Below, one piece after another: positions 60,311 through 64,000 of a stretch of DNA of 64,000 nucleotides; within the stretch, counting starts at the first letter, position 1, and the number at the start of each line of letters is the position of its first letter. The position numbers and the translations under genes are program-made. The notes below the pieces were generated by a model. That model worked only from the letters and a program-made list of their open reading frames with translations. It had not been told where the DNA came from and did not search any database. Origin of the DNA: an uncultured delta proteobacterium (GTDB taxonomy: Bacteria; Desulfobacterota; Binatia; Binatales; Binataceae); contig CAWCDG010000005.1 in the NCBI GenBank assembly GCA_963794325.1, forward strand, positions 320,001 to 384,000. Reading direction: 5' to 3'.

Positions 60311-61456
60311 CTACTCTTCTGTCAGCGCGTTCAGGTCGGAGATCGCCTCGACGAAGTCTTCCATGAACTCTTTCACCACTGCGCGAGTTGATTTCACGCT
60401 GTCGATCAAACCGACGCCCTGGCCGACGAAATAGGTGACCATTTCGCGCGCCTTCGGGTTGCCGCGCTCGGCTGCGAGATCGACGGCGTGGAGAGCAGGC
60501 TCGCTGATGAGGCTTTGCAGCGGCATCGGCAGCGCGCCGGGGCTGCCCGCGCCCTCCCACGCGTCGGTCCAGGTCGAACGCAACTGGCGCGACGGTTTGC
60601 CAGTGCGGCCTTTGGAACGAACGGTGTCGCGCGATCGCGCTTCGATCATTTTCTGGCGAAAGATTTCCGAGGTCTCCGATTCCGTCGTCGCCAGCCACAC
60701 CGACCCGGTCCACACGCCGGCCGCGCCCATCGCCATGCAGGCCGCCATCTGGCGGCCGGTCATGATGCCGCCGGCGGCCAATACCGGAACCTCGCGGATC
60801 AATTTGATCGCGCGAAGCACTTCGGGGATAAGCACGATAGTCGAGACTTCGCCGCAATGGCCGCCAGCCTCGCCGCCTTGCGCGACAATTATATCGACTC
60901 CCGCTTTGGCCTGGCGCACTGCATGTTCCGGCGCTCCCACCAGCGCAGCGACCGGCACTCCATGCTGATGGCCCATATCGATCATGGCCTGCGGCGGCAC
61001 GCCAAGCGCGTTGGCGATCAATTTGATCGGATGCTGAAATGCAGCCTCGAGCAGCTTCAGCGCGTATTCCGGCTGAAACGGGACGGGCCCATCGGGAGAC
61101 CTGACGCGCCCTTCTTCAATCGCCTGCGAGGGCTCGATTCCATGCCTGGAAAGGAGATCGCGCACGAAATCCTTGTGTTGCTGCGGGATGCGCTCCGCGA
61201 GCGAGCGGTTTGTGACGCCCTGCTCGTATTTGATCGAGAGGTTCTCCGGAATGAGCACATCGATCCCGTATGGCTTGCCGTCGATGTGATCGTCGATCCA
61301 TTTCAGCTCGCGCTCGAGCTGATCGATCGTGAAGGCGGTTGCTCCAAGCACTCCGAAACCGCCCGCCCGGCTCACGGCGGCCACCACGTCGCGGCAGTGG
61401 CTGAACGCCACCAACGGAAAATCGATGCCGAGCATTTTACAAATCGGTGTGTTCAC
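60311..61456 (-). CDS. Nitronate monooxygenase family flavoprotein
   Basis: AVSRAGGFGVLG, AQGGEAGGH, LAAGGI and GQGVG motifs. Confidence 0.9.
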   Translation of the reverse strand: MNTPICKMLGIDFPLVAFSHCRDVVAAVSRAGGFGVLGATAFTIDQLERELKWIDDHIDGKPYGIDVLIPENLSIKYEQGVTNRSLAERIPQQHKDFVRDLLSRHGIEPSQAIEEGRVRSPDGPVPFQPEYALKLLEAAFQHPIKLIANALGVPPQAMIDMGHQHGVPVAALVGAPEHAVRQAKAGVDIIVAQGGEAGGHCGEVSTIVLIPEVLRAIKLIREVPVLAAGGIMTGRQMAACMAMGAAGVWTGSVWLATTESETSEIFRQKMIEARSRDTVRSKGRTGKPSRQLRSTWTDAWEGAGSPGALPMPLQSLISEPALHAVDLAAERGNPKAREMVTYFVGQGVGLIDSVKSTRAVVKEFMEDFVEAISDLNALTEE

Positions 61457-61483
61457 TCTGACGACTCCTTGCAGCTCATGATT

Positions 61484-61560
61484 CTATCTGCCGATTCGTC
61501 GCGCGTTGAGCTCACTGAACCATACACCACCATCGGGCGCGATATCGATTCCGCGGCAAG
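61484..61560 (-). pseudogene. Fragment of a Vgb-lyase-like beta-propeller repeat
   Basis: RGIDIAPDGGVWFSELNARRIGR* with no upstream continuation. Confidence 0.45.
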
Positions 61561-61838
61561 TTGAGGTCTCGCCACTGCGCAAGGATTTCGATTTCATTTT
61601 CGAGTTGCCCGCGTCGGTGTTCGAAGGAGTCGCGGCGGGACTGATCGACTTGATCGACGCCGGATTAAAGGACAGCGTCAAGATCACCGGGGATATGAGA
61701 GTCCTGATCAGGCATGCAGAATTGGTGAACGTGATCTACGGCGTTTACGCGCGCGAGATCGAAACGACTTGGCCGAAGGGCAAGCCGGCAAGACCGGCGA
61801 CGCGATGCTCCGCGCCGATTCGCGTCGCGTCGCTATGA
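61556..61838 (+). pseudogene. Possible SCP2-like domain fragment
   Basis: DFIFELPASVFEGVAAGLIDLIDAGLKDSVKITGDMRVL resembles an SCP2 C-terminus; no clear start. Confidence 0.3.
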
Positions 61839-62429
61839 AGCTTCAGCGGCCTTCGCCGCCATCGTCGCGTGGGCCCACCAGACGAGCTCATCCAAAGCCG
61901 ACTTCGTGGCAGCAAGCAGGCTTGCCTCGATGTCTTCGATGGGCTTGTTTGCCCCCATCGGGGAGGTCGACATGAAATCGGCGCCGCCAATGTGGACGGA
62001 GGCTGCGGTCGAAACCATTCGCAGCGCAATCGCGATGAGGCCTAGATGCTCAACCGCCCGCGCCGCTCCGCTTCCCCCGTAACCAATGGCAGTGAACGGC
62101 TTCCGTCCCCACTCCTTATAGGCCTGGTCGAGTGCGTTCTTCAGCACACCCGTGATCGAGTGATTGTATTCGGCGACCACGAAGACGAAACCGTCATACC
62201 GTGCGAGCGTTTTCTGCCAGCGCAATGCCTCGGCGTTCTCGCTGGGCATCGAGATAAGCGGCCCCTTCTCATCGAAGAACGGCAGCGGATGGTCGAGGAG
62301 GTCAAGAAGCTCCGCCTCGATGTCGTCACGGGCCTGTGCCTGCTTCAGCATCCAGCCAGCGGCCTTGTCGGCGTACCGACCGGGCCGGGTGGAACCAATC
62401 ACGACGGCGATGCGGGGTTTCGTGGTCAT
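61833..62429 (-). CDS. NADPH-dependent FMN reductase
   Basis: GSTRPGR, AEYNHSITGVLKNALD and YGGSGAARAVEHL motifs. Confidence 0.92.
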   Translation of the reverse strand: MTTKPRIAVVIGSTRPGRYADKAAGWMLKQAQARDDIEAELLDLLDHPLPFFDEKGPLISMPSENAEALRWQKTLARYDGFVFVVAEYNHSITGVLKNALDQAYKEWGRKPFTAIGYGGSGAARAVEHLGLIAIALRMVSTAASVHIGGADFMSTSPMGANKPIEDIEASLLAATKSALDELVWWAHATMAAKAAEAS

Positions 62430-62517
62430 GATAACTTCAAATTTTGATTTCGGATGCCGCTGTTCAACCTATTCGCTGACTTTACGACTCGTTTCGTGTG
62501 GTATCGGTCTCGATGGG

Positions 62518-62934
62518 CTAGGGCTTGGGGCTCGCGTCCATCTCGGAGGCCCGCGCCAGTGCTTGCGTGTCGACATACTCCTGGATGTTCGTCAGTTTGC
62601 CGTTTCGAACGGTAATGGCGAAGACAAAGTGGTCCTCGAACGTCCTATTCGTGGCTTTGACTTTCCCCCTCGCGAAACCGACGACCAGAACCCGGTCTCC
62701 CTGCGCTACGAATTCGGGGGGATTTGGGAATGAAGTTTCCATATTTTTGGAAGCCTTCTGAAGCAAGTCCGCCAATCCCGCGTGCCCGCGGTACGTGCCG
62801 GCCAGCGGCCAGTCCTCGCCCGGAATGATCCACTCGATATCTTCGGCACACAACGCCAGCAGACCTTGCCTATCGCTGCCGCCCATTGCTGCAAAAAAGT
62901 CCTTCACAATCTGGACATTCTTCTGAATGCTCAT
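62518..62934 (-). CDS. SnoaL-like / NTF2-family protein (copy 1)
   Basis: EDIEWIIPGEDWPLAGTYRGH..FVAQGDRV..EYVDT. Confidence 0.88.
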   Translation of the reverse strand: MSIQKNVQIVKDFFAAMGGSDRQGLLALCAEDIEWIIPGEDWPLAGTYRGHAGLADLLQKASKNMETSFPNPPEFVAQGDRVLVVGFARGKVKATNRTFEDHFVFAITVRNGKLTNIQEYVDTQALARASEMDASPKP

Positions 62935-62982
62935 CGAGATCTCTCCATTTCTCTCTACATCGGATCGCGCGGTGTCGGTAAA

Positions 62983-63408
62983 TCAGCCGACACCGACGCC
63001 AAGTTGTTGCTGCATTACAGAAGCCGCATTGTAGCAATGAAAGGAAATGATCTTTCCATCCTCGAGGTGAAAAACATCGCAAGACGGGACATCTATTGCC
63101 TTGCCCGTGGGAGCTAGAGTTCCAGAAGCAAGGACCAGCTCACCTTTATGCGTTCCCCGAGTTGCGAGCTCGACAACGACGACGTTCTCCGCGACGTAGA
63201 TGCTGATCAACTCACGGTGGACATCAGGAAATGCACTTGCGAAGCCGGCAATAGAGTCACCAATGGCCTGCCCGCGAAACTTTTTGCCGGAAGGAATGTC
63301 GTACATGTATCCTTCCTCAGAGAAGAGAGAGACAAACTTCTCTCTATCCGTTCCTTGCCCCTCTGCGGCGGCGTAAAGCTCTCTGATGAGTTCTTCATTG
63401 CGAAGCAT
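62983..63408 (-). CDS. Ester cyclase / SnoaL-like protein
   Basis: AFPDVHRE..RGTHKG..PTGKAIDVPSCDVF. Confidence 0.87.
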   Translation of the reverse strand: MLRNEELIRELYAAAEGQGTDREKFVSLFSEEGYMYDIPSGKKFRGQAIGDSIAGFASAFPDVHRELISIYVAENVVVVELATRGTHKGELVLASGTLAPTGKAIDVPSCDVFHLEDGKIISFHCYNAASVMQQQLGVGVG

Positions 63409-63585
63409 ATTTAATCCTTCCCGCAGTCGGTTACTGTCTGTTGACTTGCTGCCGGTGGTGTTGTGGATCTGCCGGTGAGTCGTACTGTCGGTGATTCAGC
63501 CGATATCGACTTTCATGGCGATATCCCAGGTGCCGGCTCCGATCACCCCGTTAGGGGGTCCTTGTTCCACGCCCGCGCGCAGCAT

Positions 63586-63637
63586 GAACGCGCGCGGCAC
63601 GCTGTTTACGGTTCAGAAGGCGTTGCCGCTGTTCAAC
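63586..63637 (+). pseudogene. Internal fragment of an SDR oxidoreductase
   Basis: NARGTLFTVQKALPLFN is a characteristic SDR helix with no flanking SDR sequence. Confidence 0.55.
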
Positions 63638-63686
63638 CTATTCGCTGAGTTTACGACTCGTTTCGTGTGGTATCGATCTCGATGGG

Positions 63687-64000
63687 CTAGGGCCTGGGGC
63701 TCGCGGCCGTCTCGGAGGCCCGCGCCAGTGCTTGCGTGTCGATATACTCCTTGATGTGCGCTATTTTGCCGTCTCGAATGGTAATGTCGAAGACCCACTC
63801 GTCCCTGTACGGCTTATTCGTAGCGTAGATTTTTCCCGTAGCGACGCCGATGACTAGAACCCGGTCTCCCTGCGCCACGAATTCGGGGGGCGTTGGGTAT
63901 TTCATTTCCACCTCTTTGGACGCCTTCTTAAGCACAGCCGCCAATTCCGCGTGCCCGCGGTACGTGCCTGCGAGCGCCCAGCCCTCGCCCGGAATGATCC
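63687..64000 (-). CDS. SnoaL-like / NTF2-family protein (copy 2), 5' end outside window
   Basis: Paralog of 62518..62934 at offset 1169 bp: IIPGEGWALAGTYRGH..FVAQGDRV..EYIDTQALARASE. Confidence 0.85.
   Translation of the reverse strand, partial: IIPGEGWALAGTYRGHAELAAVLKKASKEVEMKYPTPPEFVAQGDRVLVIGVATGKIYATNKPYRDEWVFDITIRDGKIAHIKEYIDTQALARASETAASPRP

Overview
High-GC bacterial chromosomal window. Gene content and order suggest Candidatus Binatota or a related deltaproteobacteria-like lineage; this is inference only. Housekeeping and metabolic genes include mrp/apbC, a heterodimeric ABC exporter, leuS, a class V aminotransferase-serA-purA run, purE, an L-Ara4N (arn)-type cluster with a split ArnA, hisN and pncA. 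Two toxin-antitoxin loci are present: BrnT/BrnA and an orphan HicB. The main feature is a ~14 kb redox island at 40.56-54.7 kb. It encodes a tandem-cNMP/4x[4Fe-4S] protein, a cytochrome-b-like membrane protein, a probable multiheme cytochrome c-TM-flavin oxidoreductase fusion hidden by a frameshift, a tetraheme cytochrome, a secreted tandem GlcG/HbpS protein, a beta-barrel-like protein, a 1251-aa multiheme/LVIVD lipoprotein and a FecR-domain protein. In total the island has 20 CxxCH and 3 Cx4CH motifs, and it looks like an envelope-spanning, possibly cyclic-nucleotide-gated electron conduit of unknown function. Also seen: a 2.8-kb tetR + GT-C cassette bounded by a 69-bp direct repeat, a Phe-rich uORF/attenuator candidate before the ser genes, REP-like palindromes and a scar-rich duplicated right end. 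Seven genes, including essential leuS, each carry one net +1 frameshift, most likely sequencing or assembly insertions. No rRNA, tRNA, CRISPR array, integrase or transposase was recognised.
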